Assembly: GCF_964188315.1 (NCBI RefSeq) | Contig: NC_135662.1 | Span: 78,926,001-78,990,000, forward strand | DNA length: 64,000 nt | Source: Podarcis muralis | Lineage: Eukaryota | Direction: 5' to 3' | Part shown: piece by piece, positions 38,631 through 50,345 of the stretch | Position numbering within the stretch: position 1 is the first letter of the stretch | How the letters are laid out: each line of letters starts with the position of its first letter | Program-made: the position numbers and the translations under genes | The notes under the pieces: generated by a model | What the model saw: the letters and a program-made list of their open reading frames with translations, nothing else | Told to the model about the DNA's origin: nothing | Database searches by the model: none

Positions 38631-38632
<2 letters not shown>

Positions 38633-38670
<38 letters not shown>

Positions 38671-38727
38671 TTTTATTTATATCCCGCCCTCCCCAGCCGA
38701 AGCCGGGCTCAGGGCGGCTAACAACCA
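38633..38727 (-). mobile_element. L2 extreme 3' end with (TAA)n tail
   Basis: Reverse complement of the 3' end of the 41581-41942 element, nearly identical. Confidence 0.8.
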
Positions 38728-39367
38728 TGTTGTAATACTCCAGCCACTCACCAGCTCCCTCCCTGTCCTGCAATCCAGCGGGAGCAGGAATGATGGCTGG
38801 CAACATATACTTTTTTGCAGGACAAAACAAATCAAAAAGGCAGTTGCTGCCACCACTCCTTTGTATCAGGGCACCAGAAGACTTAACCCAAGGGAGAAGG
38901 TTATTCTTCCTAGTTACCGGTTGCCCCACCCTGCAAGTTGCTTCCACAAAATGCAGGCAGAAATTCAACAGATTCAGTAGGCGGCTAAGTAGTCAGGCTC
39001 TGGATTCAGGCTTTCCCCCAGAATGGCACACAGGACAACAAGAAAATTCTCTTTTTAAAATTTATTTAAAAAACAAGATTAAACATACTTAAAAGTAGGC
39101 ACATCTCTTATATGTTTCAAACAGAAAAAATAAGAACATTATCGAGTATTGCTAGATAATGTACTTACAAAATGAGAACAAAGGCAAGTTAGAATGGTTC
39201 TAAAGTCCTCAGTTGAATCCGCATCTCAAAGACAGTAGAAATCTTCATCACAAAGACACGAGCAAGACGACTGTCAGCATGGTGGCAAACTGACAGAAGG
39301 ACATAAAGGCAAACAAGTGATGTGTTTGGCTCCAAGATCTGAGTATCTGAACTCTGTGCCTCTACAT

Positions 39368-39616
39368 CAGGGGTCAGCAACCTTTCTCAGCCATGGGCCA
39401 GTCCACTGTCCCTCAGACCATGTGGTGGGCCGGACAATATTTTGGAGAGAAAATGAACAAATTCCTATGCCCCACAAATAACACAGACATGCATTTTAAA
39501 TAAAAGCACACATTCTACTCATGTAAAAACACACTGATTTCCAGACCATCCGCGGGCCGGACTTAGAAGGCGATTGGGCCGGCCCCGGCCCCCAGGCCTT
39601 AGGTTGCCTACCCCTG
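39368..39616. mobile_element. hAT-Charlie-like MITE
   Basis: TIRs caggggtcagcaacct / aggttgcctacccctg; perfect 8-bp TSD ctctacat (39360-39367, 39617-39624). Confidence 0.9.
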
Positions 39617-40527
39617 CTCTACATTAATGGTTAGAAAACAGGCACTGGCCAAAATGATTCCCCCCCTTAATTTGCTCTGCTCACATGTTTGAGTTGAACA
39701 AAGCAGTCTGGTTGCAGGGATATCCAGTTCCACTTGGCACTCATTAACATCCTTCCTGACAACTTTAGCAAAAGACCAAGGATAAATGAGAATACAGTAC
39801 ATAGGATACGGGGCTCCTTATCTGAGGTTGGAGAACAACCCGAAGCTGCTCCATTGACGTACTGTGAGACAAGGATTGATTCTGCAGAAAATCCTTCCTT
39901 GGAACTTAATTAGCTACTGTAACACTGACGTGATTTAATACGTTTGTTTCCATATTATGCCAACATGTTTTATTTATGCTACGAAGCCGTTAATTCAGTG
40001 TAGTAATCTATATGGACCAGGTAGTAGGGGACATGATTTATCCTGCCAGAGCTAGCTAAAAATAACCCATATATCAATAAGATGCATGGTTTGTCATGTC
40101 CAAGGTAAGCATGTTTGACCAAACAATCACTCTTTGAAATGGGAGGTCAGCAAACAAAATTGGTACAGCTGAGCAGTGAATGAAATAATCTGCTTACCTA
40201 GAAAACTTGTATAGAATAAACAGTGGCTCTCTAAGCTTCTTCATTCTACCCTGTCAATTTGCCTCAAATGTGTTTGACCCTGGAGGGAGACTGTTTCCAA
40301 GAGAAAAGAAAAGTGCCTAATCCACCTTGTATATCCTTTGCTTAAGCAAAGTCATTTAGTCTGCTGCTTGCCCACTGGTGGTGCCTTTTTATCATGTGGA
40401 AAATATTTATTCGCAAAAACCTGACTACAAATAGAGCTTTCTTCACACAAATCTTCAGCAAATGCCCTCTCAATAACATCACTTTTTTGGGTGATACACA
40501 GCAAACAGTATCCTTGTAAAAATACCC

Positions 40528-40531
<4 letters not shown>

Positions 40532-40576
<45 letters not shown>
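40532..40576. repeat. (AC)n microsatellite
   Basis: Read directly. Confidence 0.95.
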
Positions 40577-40577
<1 letters not shown>

Positions 40578-40822
40578 TACTGTTATGAGTTATCATGTGT
40601 GCCAGACACCTATAACCCTAACAAGTATTAAAAGCTACTCAAGCCAAGCTAGCTTCTTGACGAGGTAATCACCTGGGTGAGGGGGGCATAAAGAGAACAA
40701 AGGAAAGGTTGCTCTGTGCCAGATGTCAAATGGGTGGGGCTCCACCCCATGTTTTAGATCATTAGAAGGACAAAGGCTGAGTTTGATGTGAGCCCCTCCT
40801 TCAGAGGCTCAGGTTGTATATA

Positions 40823-41043
40823 CAGCGGTACCTCGGGTTACGTACTTAATTTGTTCCGGAGGTCCTTTCTTAACCTGAAACTGTTCGGAACCTGAAGCAC
40901 CACTTCAGCTAATGGGGCCGCCGCACGATTTCTGTTCTCATCCTGAAGCAAAGTTCTTAACCCGAGGTACTATTTCTGGGTTAGCGGAGTCTGTAACCTG
41001 AAGCGTATGTAACCTGAAGCGTCTGTAACCCGAGGTACCACTG
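40823..41043. mobile_element. Family D MITE with an internal deletion
   Basis: cagcggtacctcgggttacgtac...aacccgaggtaccactg; TA TSD. Confidence 0.87.
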
Positions 41044-41530
41044 TATGTATGTAAATAGGCCATATGTCATAAAGACACCAATGTCCACTGTGCTTCATTC
41101 CCAAAAGCAAACATGAACCCTAGGTAAGCACCTGGGACCCCTGAAATCTTGCACTGCTGGGAGATTGGGGTGGGGTGCAACAATACTGTAGGCTAAAGCA
41201 ATCTCTCAAAGGCCAAAACAAATCCTGCAGTGTTTCCGAAGAGATCACAGATGAGACGTTGGGAGTCTCTTTCAGGGAGAAGATTCTAGAACTACCAGAT
41301 AGCTAACAAAAAAACCTCACAACTTTCCTGTGTCATCTCATCAGGGGTGCTAGCAAGATTTTCTGAGCTCTGTACACTTTATCAGAATTGGGCCTTCTAC
41401 CCTACCCACAAAAGATAGCACAAATTTGTGTAAAATTTATATTCCATGCTTTATATCATATGCAGATGCATTCATATTCATGTCCTCTTTTGCAGAAGGG
41501 CTGGGTCCCCGATATAGATAGAAATGAACT

Positions 41531-41578
<48 letters not shown>

Positions 41579-41580
41579 TC

Positions 41581-41942
41581 AGGGACCACAGAATGACAGA
41601 GAGGTTAGGCTGGCCTCAACCAGAGCCAGGGCTTTTTCGGCTGTGGCTCTGATCTGGTGGAACGCTCTGCCACAAGAGGCTAGGGCCCTGCAGGACTTGA
41701 CATCTTTCCGCAGGGCCTGCAAGACAGAGCTGTTCCACCAGGCCTTTGGCCAGGGCATAGCCTGACTCCCTCCTTTGGCAATCTTCACAGAACTCTAGCC
41801 CAATGGTTGCCATCAATTTGATTTGAATTAATTTTATAATTAAATGATTTTAGAATGTTGTATTATTTTATTGTTGTTAGCTACCCTGAGCCCGGCTTCG
41901 GCTGGGGAGGGCGGGATATAAATAAAAAATTATTATTATTAT
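41581..41942 (+). mobile_element. L2-clade LINE, 3' fragment, preceded by (TAA)15
   Basis: Translates RAFSAVALIWWNALPQEARALQDLTSFRRACKTELFHQAFG; 3' end gggagggcgggatataaataaaaaattattattatt. Confidence 0.82.
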
Positions 41943-44555
41943 AGCTGATACTTTGCCTATCATGGTATTTCCATTTTATATCATACTTAACCTGCTGAAT
42001 TTCTGCCCGCTGCAGCTGTTAATAACACAAGTGTCCACCCTCCCCAAGTGCCATTCCTAAGCTATGCAAAGAACCTGAGTTTCATGAGCTTGTTACTGTG
42101 ACCCAAAAAAAGAGAATTCCACAGCAGAAAATTTGTAACAGTAAAGTTTAATTTGAAACTCCAAAATGATGTACCTATGCTCTTACAAAAGACAGCAATA
42201 TATTTCTGCTATTTGCATCCATATGGTAATATATTTCTCATTTTGCACTGTTTGCGGAGAATGGGGAGGAGTGTTGCAAGGGGGCAGGAGATGCCCCCAA
42301 AGACAATTTATTGGTTGCAAATAGCTGATGGAGTAGAGGTTATAACTCCCTTCCCTCCCCTTCTCAAAACGGATCCCTCTTTAAGTTGCTGCTGTTCCCC
42401 ATGCTGTGGATATAGCTTGCAGTTGCCCACCTTAGATTCTCAGGTTAATTCCTCCAAAGGATAACGTCTTAGAAAAACTGAGGTTTTATGATAGCAGTTA
42501 AAAACTAAGGGGTCTTTTCCTCTTTAATTACCTTGACTCTTCTAAGAAGGGACAGTTCCAATGAAGAGGGGGCATATCGTGATGAGCTGCGACTCTACAG
42601 AGCAGTGTCTGCTAGTTATGCCCCACAAATTCCATTATCTATAAATAGTCTCATAGAATTTAATGCAACTTCCATGCATGCCTTTGACAATTTAGCAGCC
42701 ACTGGAAGCAAAAGAAATGGATTTTGCTTTCTGCCTTACCTCTCTATGAATTGGAGCAAGCTGTTCCCATAGGAATTGCCTTCCTTTTCATGCTGAGCAA
42801 TTACTCGAACGCTGATGTCAGACTGATTTATGGAGTAACTGGATGATTAAGTATATTGGCAAGCCATCTAATTTTAAAAGGCGCAAAAGACCCTCTTTTG
42901 TCTTTTCCCATTTTTATGGTGTCCTTTTTTTAAAAAAAAAAATATCCTTCAGTAGATTTGTGGAAGCTTATTGACCTGCAATCTAGAAATGCAAAGATGT
43001 TTCTCAATGGCTTTAGGCAAACTGTAAGAATAATCAGGACACACAAGAGTGAATCTATTTCTCAATTCTTGGGGAAGGATGAAGAAGCTGCCTTTCAGCA
43101 TCTCAGCCTGAATGTGTCCCCGCAGTGCGGACTGCTCAAGATAATTGCTTGCAAATATATCCTAATTGACAGGTTAGGTACCCAGAGATACCTCACATGA
43201 TTAATAAAGGTGCCTGTATGGTTCAGGTCTTGAAGGCATGAATAAGATTATAGCCTCAATCACAATGACAGTTTGTAGATTCTCTCTGTAGCTTCTCTCC
43301 AGGGGGCTAAAGAACTGTTGCTCAATCTGGGACAGAATTGTTGTTTTACACATTTTGGCCAGTCTTTCGGTTTCACCTGCTTTGGGCAGCAGACCTCCAT
43401 GCCTTGTCACATACTGCTTTTTAAACTCATGTCACTTTCAAAACTCATTTGTCATACAGAATGGAGCCTGCTGTCTGAGAAAACACAAACACAACATCCA
43501 TTAGTTGTGTGGTTCTTTTGGATCATGGGGTTTGTGTCACAGGTTTCCTACAGAGCTACAATTTCCAGAGTGATTTAACAAACATTCCCTCTTCCTAGGG
43601 AACAATTGAGAGTTGTGGGGACAATAGGTCGGGGCGGGGGGGGGAGAGACTAGGTTATATAATATAATAATAGTATTTATATAGCACTTTTCCTAAGTGG
43701 TTCAAACACTTTGCTTATATTAGTCATCCTTACAGCCAGCCTGAAACATAGACCAATATGATTATCATCCTTCAATCCTGGTTTAGAATGAGAATTCTGG
43801 TTAGCATTAATCAGTGCCAAAATAATACTTAATGTGAGGGACAATTGAGAAGCATACAATCTCATTGCCCAGTCTGAAGCTTTAGCCATGGATAAGTGAT
43901 CAGAGGCACATCAACAGCGGGGGATTTTTTTTGGGGGGGTGCCCTTTCTGAGTTTATTGAAATATAAAAAACAATACATATAAACCATGCCAGAAAAATC
44001 ACTGGAGCAGGGCAGAAAACAAGGTTTGTTGAACAAGAGACAGTTGCTACACAGGAATACAACATGGCAATCAAATTTTCCAAAATAGCGTTTTCCACAT
44101 TCAAGTTCGAAACACCTTTGGAGACACGCTACTTGTGTTATTTCCTCTGCAGTAGTCAAAGTCCATGTGTTGTAGGTTTTGTTGTGGTTTCCATTGTTAA
44201 GCTGTGGAGATCCTGGCTGAAGTCAGTATCCCTTCAGAGTTACTTAGAACAATTTTTTTGTGTTTAATAAACAAAGTTATGGAGAGGCGTTGCTAGAGGA
44301 TTCAAGTATGTTAGATATTTCTCAATATGCTTCTGTCCAAAATAATGAAACCTGGGGCTCACGTTATTGGCGGAAAAAAGTTACATCAACACATTTATGA
44401 AGCATAAATTATCTGAATGATTTTTAAACTGGGAACTTTGACTTTTGGATTACCTGTTCAAATCAAAGTGATCAGGAGTGGGTCGTTTAAAATCACATCT
44501 GGCAGTTCATGAACTTCATTTTCTTCTTCTAAATAGCAGACGTCGTGGTAATTAA

Positions 44556-44894
<339 letters not shown>

Positions 44895-46119
44895 TAGCTG
44901 CTGGATGTTATTTAGCATTAAAATATTAAATTATTTTCTTCTATATTCAGTTATGCTTTAAAAATAAAAATACAGAAAACATTAGCATGATCTCCTAAGG
45001 CTCTAAATGCATGCCCTGACCCAGGATCATTGTTGCCTTGTGTCTCTTCTGACTAGGACCAGAAGTCATTTGCTCAGCCAAACTTTCCCCCTTCTCCCCG
45101 ACTTAATCCAGTGTGGTTAAATTATCAAAGTTAAGCTTGAAGGTATGAGAAAGTGAAAGAAGTGCATGCCTCTTCTCCCCTCTTCAAAAAACCAGAGTAC
45201 ATTCTCTGGCCCTTTTATGGATTTCTGTATTTTTATTTTTATTTTAAAATCAAAATCCCAAGACGGTTGAGCCACTAGGAATTAAAGCATTGTTACAGCT
45301 ACTGAGTTGTCTTAGAAAGAACCATATGCGTTTTAATATATTTAGACTGAATAGGAGGAGTTTCTACTTGGAATAAAGAACCCTCGTGCTTCTGTTGCCT
45401 CTCCAGCATATCACGAGAGAACCACTCGTGCTATTTTTAGCATAATCTGAAAACTAGGAAGTGAGCATTCTTTATATAGGAAGCATACTGAAAATCTGTT
45501 CTTGCTTTTATTGAATGATAATTGGCTCATCAGTAATTTGGTTGCTTATAAAATGGCCAAGTTCACTGGCTGCCTGTTGAGTTTTGTTAATTCTACTCTT
45601 TGGTAATAGAAACGGTGCAAGTTTTACTCTTGAATTGGAATGTTTTATCCCAGCTGTGGTTACCATTTATTTCATGTGTATGATTCCTTCTGTTGTTCCT
45701 CTTCTGACTATGGTCACCTCACTTTGAAATTTTTCATACTGTTGCTTTGTTTGGTGAGTGTGTGCTACACAAGCCATTGAGTTATGCTCACTTGCTGTTC
45801 ACAATAGTTGAGAAGGGACTGCAAAGAATTCAAGAGGTACAGTCTGAAAAACAAAAACAAATGCTAGCTCTGTCAGGAGATACCATATGCAGCAATCTGG
45901 GTTTTATTCATGCAGCGTGGCTCAAGATAAAATGGTTGTGCAGGTGGAGTACAAATTGTATCCTAGGTACTGTCCATAGTATGTAATGTGGAAGAAAACC
46001 AGGCAATGCTGAATGTCACAGTGTCTGCCAGCTATGTTCTGCAGGGAAAAGACTGGTAAAGACTTGAGGTGTAGCAGGGCAGTCAAAATGACATTCGTGT
46101 CCAAAAGCCATTTTTACTT

Positions 46120-46122
<3 letters not shown>

Positions 46123-46168
<46 letters not shown>

Positions 46169-46608
46169 TTATACCCGGCCCTCCCCAGCCAAGGCTGGGC
46201 TCAGGGCAGCTAACAAGCAATAATAAAAAGAAGTTGAATGAATACAACTTAAAACATTAAAACATTAAAATTTTGAAATATTAAAATATTAAAATGCAGC
46301 CTCATTACAAGAGGAGAAAGGAAAAAGAAAAAAAGAAAGAGGGGGAGGGAATCAAATTGGCTCCAAGCCAAAGGCCAGGCGGAACAGCTCTGTCTTACAG
46401 GCCCTGCGGAAAGAAATCAGATCCTGCAGGGCCCTGGTCTCATGAGGCAGAGCGTTCCACCAGGCTGGAGCCAGTGTTGAAAAGGCCCTGTCTCTGGTTG
46501 AAGCTAATCTAACTTAGGGCCCGGGGCCACTAGGGTGTTGCTGTGTATGGACTTTGAGGCTCTCCATGGGGCATACCGGGAGAGGCGGTCCCGTAGGTAC
46601 GAGGGTCC
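46123..46608 (-). mobile_element. L2-clade LINE, 3' fragment with (TAA)15 tail
   Basis: Reverse complement matches the 41581 family (gtggaacgctctgcc, cagggccctgcagga, acagagctgttcc). Confidence 0.8.
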
Positions 46609-49084
46609 AACTGATTCAACATGAGACATGAGGTTATTATTTTTTAACCACGCCATACAAAATGCTTATTCTAGTCACTTTTCTTTGGGCCCATGTCCAT
46701 TTTCTAAACTTTATCATTTGAGTTGGCTGCTTTGAAGCATTCTTTGCTGGCCACCACAACAAAACGCAAAGTGTTTTCTGGGAGCAAATTCTCCACTCAT
46801 TCTTTAAAGGTGGTTTCTCTGTCCTCACATTTATGGCATGAAAGGCTGCCTTGACTGCCAGTTGACTGGTTTTAATTCTCCAGTGGATAAATACATATTC
46901 AGAGGGCCACTGGGCTATCATCTTCAGTCATGTTGGCTACAGTTTAGAAAGAGAAGAATATTAAAGAGTAAAGGAGCTCACAGAAGGCTTTTCAGAGTTG
47001 CTTCAGATGCTGCTTTCCCCATCTCACATTTTTAAGATGTGAAACCTGATCGTTTATGTGTCAATCATCCCTTTATCACTCAGCGGCTTGCAGCCTCAAG
47101 TGGAGACCCACCTATCCATGAAAAGACATCACAGATTAATTACCATATAGAGACCTTGCATAGTGCCTCACATTGTTTGAAACACAGTGCTTTTCAGTAG
47201 AAGCAATTCACACATTTAGCCTTAATATATACACAAACAACTCATTTTGTGACAAAAGGTGGGGGAATCACATCACTGAATGATTTCCTCCAGAGCTCCT
47301 CAGAGTACAAAGGAGCTGATTCAGTTCCAAAACACCAGAGAAGATGATCAGGAGTGATCATGTCATTCCATAGCAAGATCACCAACTTTCTCAACTAGAA
47401 AATCCCCCAGAGCATTCAGGAACACATCCAGTTCCATTGGTTTCTGGGAGTGGGCCATCCAAACAGGCCCACCACCCTTACTGGGGCGAACTGCCACTGC
47501 CCCCTTCTTCCTTTCCTAATATCACTTTGCACCTCTGCTCCCACCACTGCTTCCAGGAAAGAAAGCGCCTCCCACGAAACTTCCTGAGATGGAATTAGCG
47601 GGTGCTCCTCCTTGTCTCAGTCCCTTTATTCCCTAAGAGGAGGAGGAAGAGGTGGGAGCAGCAATAACAGCCAGTTACTATGTAATTCACTGGTATGCTA
47701 TTGCTACATCTGCGTGAGAAAGTGAGCTCAAGAGTGTTCTCTTAATGTGCATTTGTGTGTGTTGGGACACAGGAGTTCCACATTCAAATCCCTTCTTCAC
47801 TGTATATCCAAGCGAAATTCCTTGGGCAAATAATGTCATTTTAACTTACACCATTGCATCTAAAGCCTAGCGAACCCTTTATGGTAAACAGAAATATAGT
47901 CGAGAACAGCTGCTTCAAGTGACCTGCGATTCTCAACGCACCATCTTAGGAGTACAATAAGATAAAATGTGTTGTTGAGCCACCGCAGAAACTCTCTATA
48001 GGTATTAAGTCTCCTGGTGTTAAAGCTATTATCGTATGTTATACAGAGTTCCAAGGGGGGCAGGAGGGGTGGGTGGGATATCTCAGTCTCTCTTGTGAGT
48101 CACTAAGAATCCGAAGTACAAAGTACATCTTAAGCAAAGCCTTTTGAGATGATGGTTTTAAGGATGGATTTCAGTACTTTATCCACTGTAGTGAAATGCT
48201 TTCTGTTGCTGTGGGACTGAATAGGTATTTGCTTTCCTTTTTTTTTTTTTTTTCTACTAAAGAGCTCAGCCTCTTCCTAGGGATATTGAAATTCCTCTTA
48301 TTCACTCCCCGCATCCACCCCCCAGTCTAAGCATCTCACATTCACCAGGACTTCTCTGATAAGCTGCCCTCAGCTTCCATAAACTTCAAAGGCAAAGGAA
48401 AAATGATTACAGGGAGAGAGAGAGAGAGAAAGAACTGCACCTTGAGTTCACACTTCAAATAAGAGGGAGAAAATTGATTAAGAATGGGAGATTAGCTTAG
48501 TTTTTGATCTGCTCCACATTACAATTAGGCGTTTCTTGTTCCCCATGCCTTATTTTATTATTATAACATTTATTTCAATCCCAAGTCATAAGTAATTACT
48601 GTCCAAATACTATCAGTAAGGAGTTCCCAAATATATTTTTAGATGTGCCCACTTAGGAACCCTGCAGGATTTGTTTTTTAAGGACATCTAAATCTAGTGG
48701 ACATGCTCAATTCCATAACATCAGGACTTATCCATGCTTAACTTTTGCCCTGTGCTTTCTAGGCGCAGCTCTGCACTTTAAAGTTCTGTGTCTGAGCGCT
48801 TTCTTTGTTTTCCCCACTGCTCTCCCCAGGAAACCCCACTCTTTAAAACTGAATCGGAACAAACAGCAATTCGGGTTTTCCTGAAGTGGCAGATTGCTAT
48901 TTTCTCCAATTCAGCTGTAAAGAGTGGGTTTTTGTGGAAGTCTGGGTAAGCCCTTAGTTAAATTTTTATGCAGGCCTTCCTTTTGTTTTTTCTGAACCTG
49001 CTGCTCATCAGCTTGATTGGAGAAGGGCAATCTCTCTGACATTCTCAAATGATTCATAATTTTATAACCCTATTATCATAGCCC

Positions 49085-49270
49085 TTCAAGAAAAATTAAA
49101 AGCCCTGCCTTGCAAGGAAGTCACTCCAACCCATTGAATCGCTTTAGTTGTGCTTTCCTGTACCTTTTCCAGACCTGTATGCAATATTCCAAATGTTGCT
49201 TCATCATCACTTGGCATTATGAGACAGGCTGTTTCACTCCCCATCTCCCTCCAAATAACTCCTAACATTG
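49085..49270 (-). mobile_element. Degraded CR1-like ORF2 fragment
   Basis: Minus translation ...LEKVQESTTKAIQW... resembles the LE(R/K)VQRRATK motif of CR1-clade ORF2. Confidence 0.45.
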
Positions 49271-49895
49271 GATTTGCTCCCCCCTCCCCACTATGTATAA
49301 CAAGTTGGCATTTTCAGGGAGTTGTCCACCATAGTACAAAGACATTTTTCCAGGGCAATCACAACCCATTCAGAGTTACATATGGGAAGTTAGCACACAA
49401 ACACAAAATGTATGCATAGCATAGCACTTACACTAATTCTCAGTTGCTACTTTATTCCTGTTTGCTTGATTGCCATTTCCCAAGGGTGGACTTTGGTAAT
49501 CTTTTGTCATATGGAGCCCCGGGCAAGGCAAAAATTTGGCACCCCCAAATGGAGCTTCTCAATTATGGAGCGTCTCAGTTTTGTGCTGCCTTGGCTGCAT
49601 CCCCCCACTTTGAAGAGTTGGTTTGGGGGCCCTTCCCAGCCTGCTTGGGTGTTCAGCATCCTGGCAAATCAGGTGCCATGCACAAACACGGCTATGTCAC
49701 TGCTCAGCCCTGACACCAGATTCTTTTATGAGTAAGTTAAATTGCACCAGTCCTAATACAGATCCTTAGGCAGTGGAGGCTGGTCCATTAGGGAAAATGA
49801 ATCACCAACCTATATTCTTTAGCAAAACACTAACTGTAGATGTCATTGCATTAACCTGTCAAAGGCCTTTTCCATTTTCAGGATATCTGTATACT

Positions 49896-50345
49896 TTTTT
49901 TATATATATATAAAATTTTTATTAGGGTTTTTACATTACAAAATAGAAAAATACAAAATACAAAATAAAAATAGTTAAAAACAATCAATCCTTTCATCAC
50001 ATTATTTTTCATTTACTTGTTTCCCGGACCTCCTCATACCTCCCTTTTTTGTATTCCAGTTCAATTTATTAGCTCAGCAGTTTCTTTCCCTCTTTATTAT
50101 ACCCAGATCTTTAATCTTTAATTATTTTAACGTTAAATTTTTAGTTATAAAAAAACCATTTTTTCATATTCTTTTATACCATTAGCTAGAAACCACTTAA
50201 TTTCAATCCAACATCATTCTAACATTCATTAATTTTACAGTATCTCTGTAAATAGTCTTTAAATTTCTTCCAGTCTTCTTCCACTGACTCTTCTCCCTGG
50301 TCTCGGATTCTACCAGTCATTTCCGCCAATTCCATGTAGTCCATC
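49896..50345 (-). mobile_element. L1-clade LINE, 3' fragment
   Basis: Minus translation MDYMELAEMTGRIRDQGEESVEEDWKKFKDYLQRYCKINEC*; AT-rich 3'UTR; A-rich tail; perfect 13-bp TSD atatctgtatact (49883-49895, 50346-50358). Confidence 0.8.

Noticed and set aside
43126-43177. AG...GT-bounded candidate exon in the exon 15-16 intron
   Set aside because: 47 or 52 nt, not frame-preserving, and no similarity to the known cassette.
45008-45168. Two TGCATG (RBFOX) motifs downstream of exon 16
   Set aside because: The hexamer occurs many times in the window and the exon appears constitutive; conservation cannot be assessed here.
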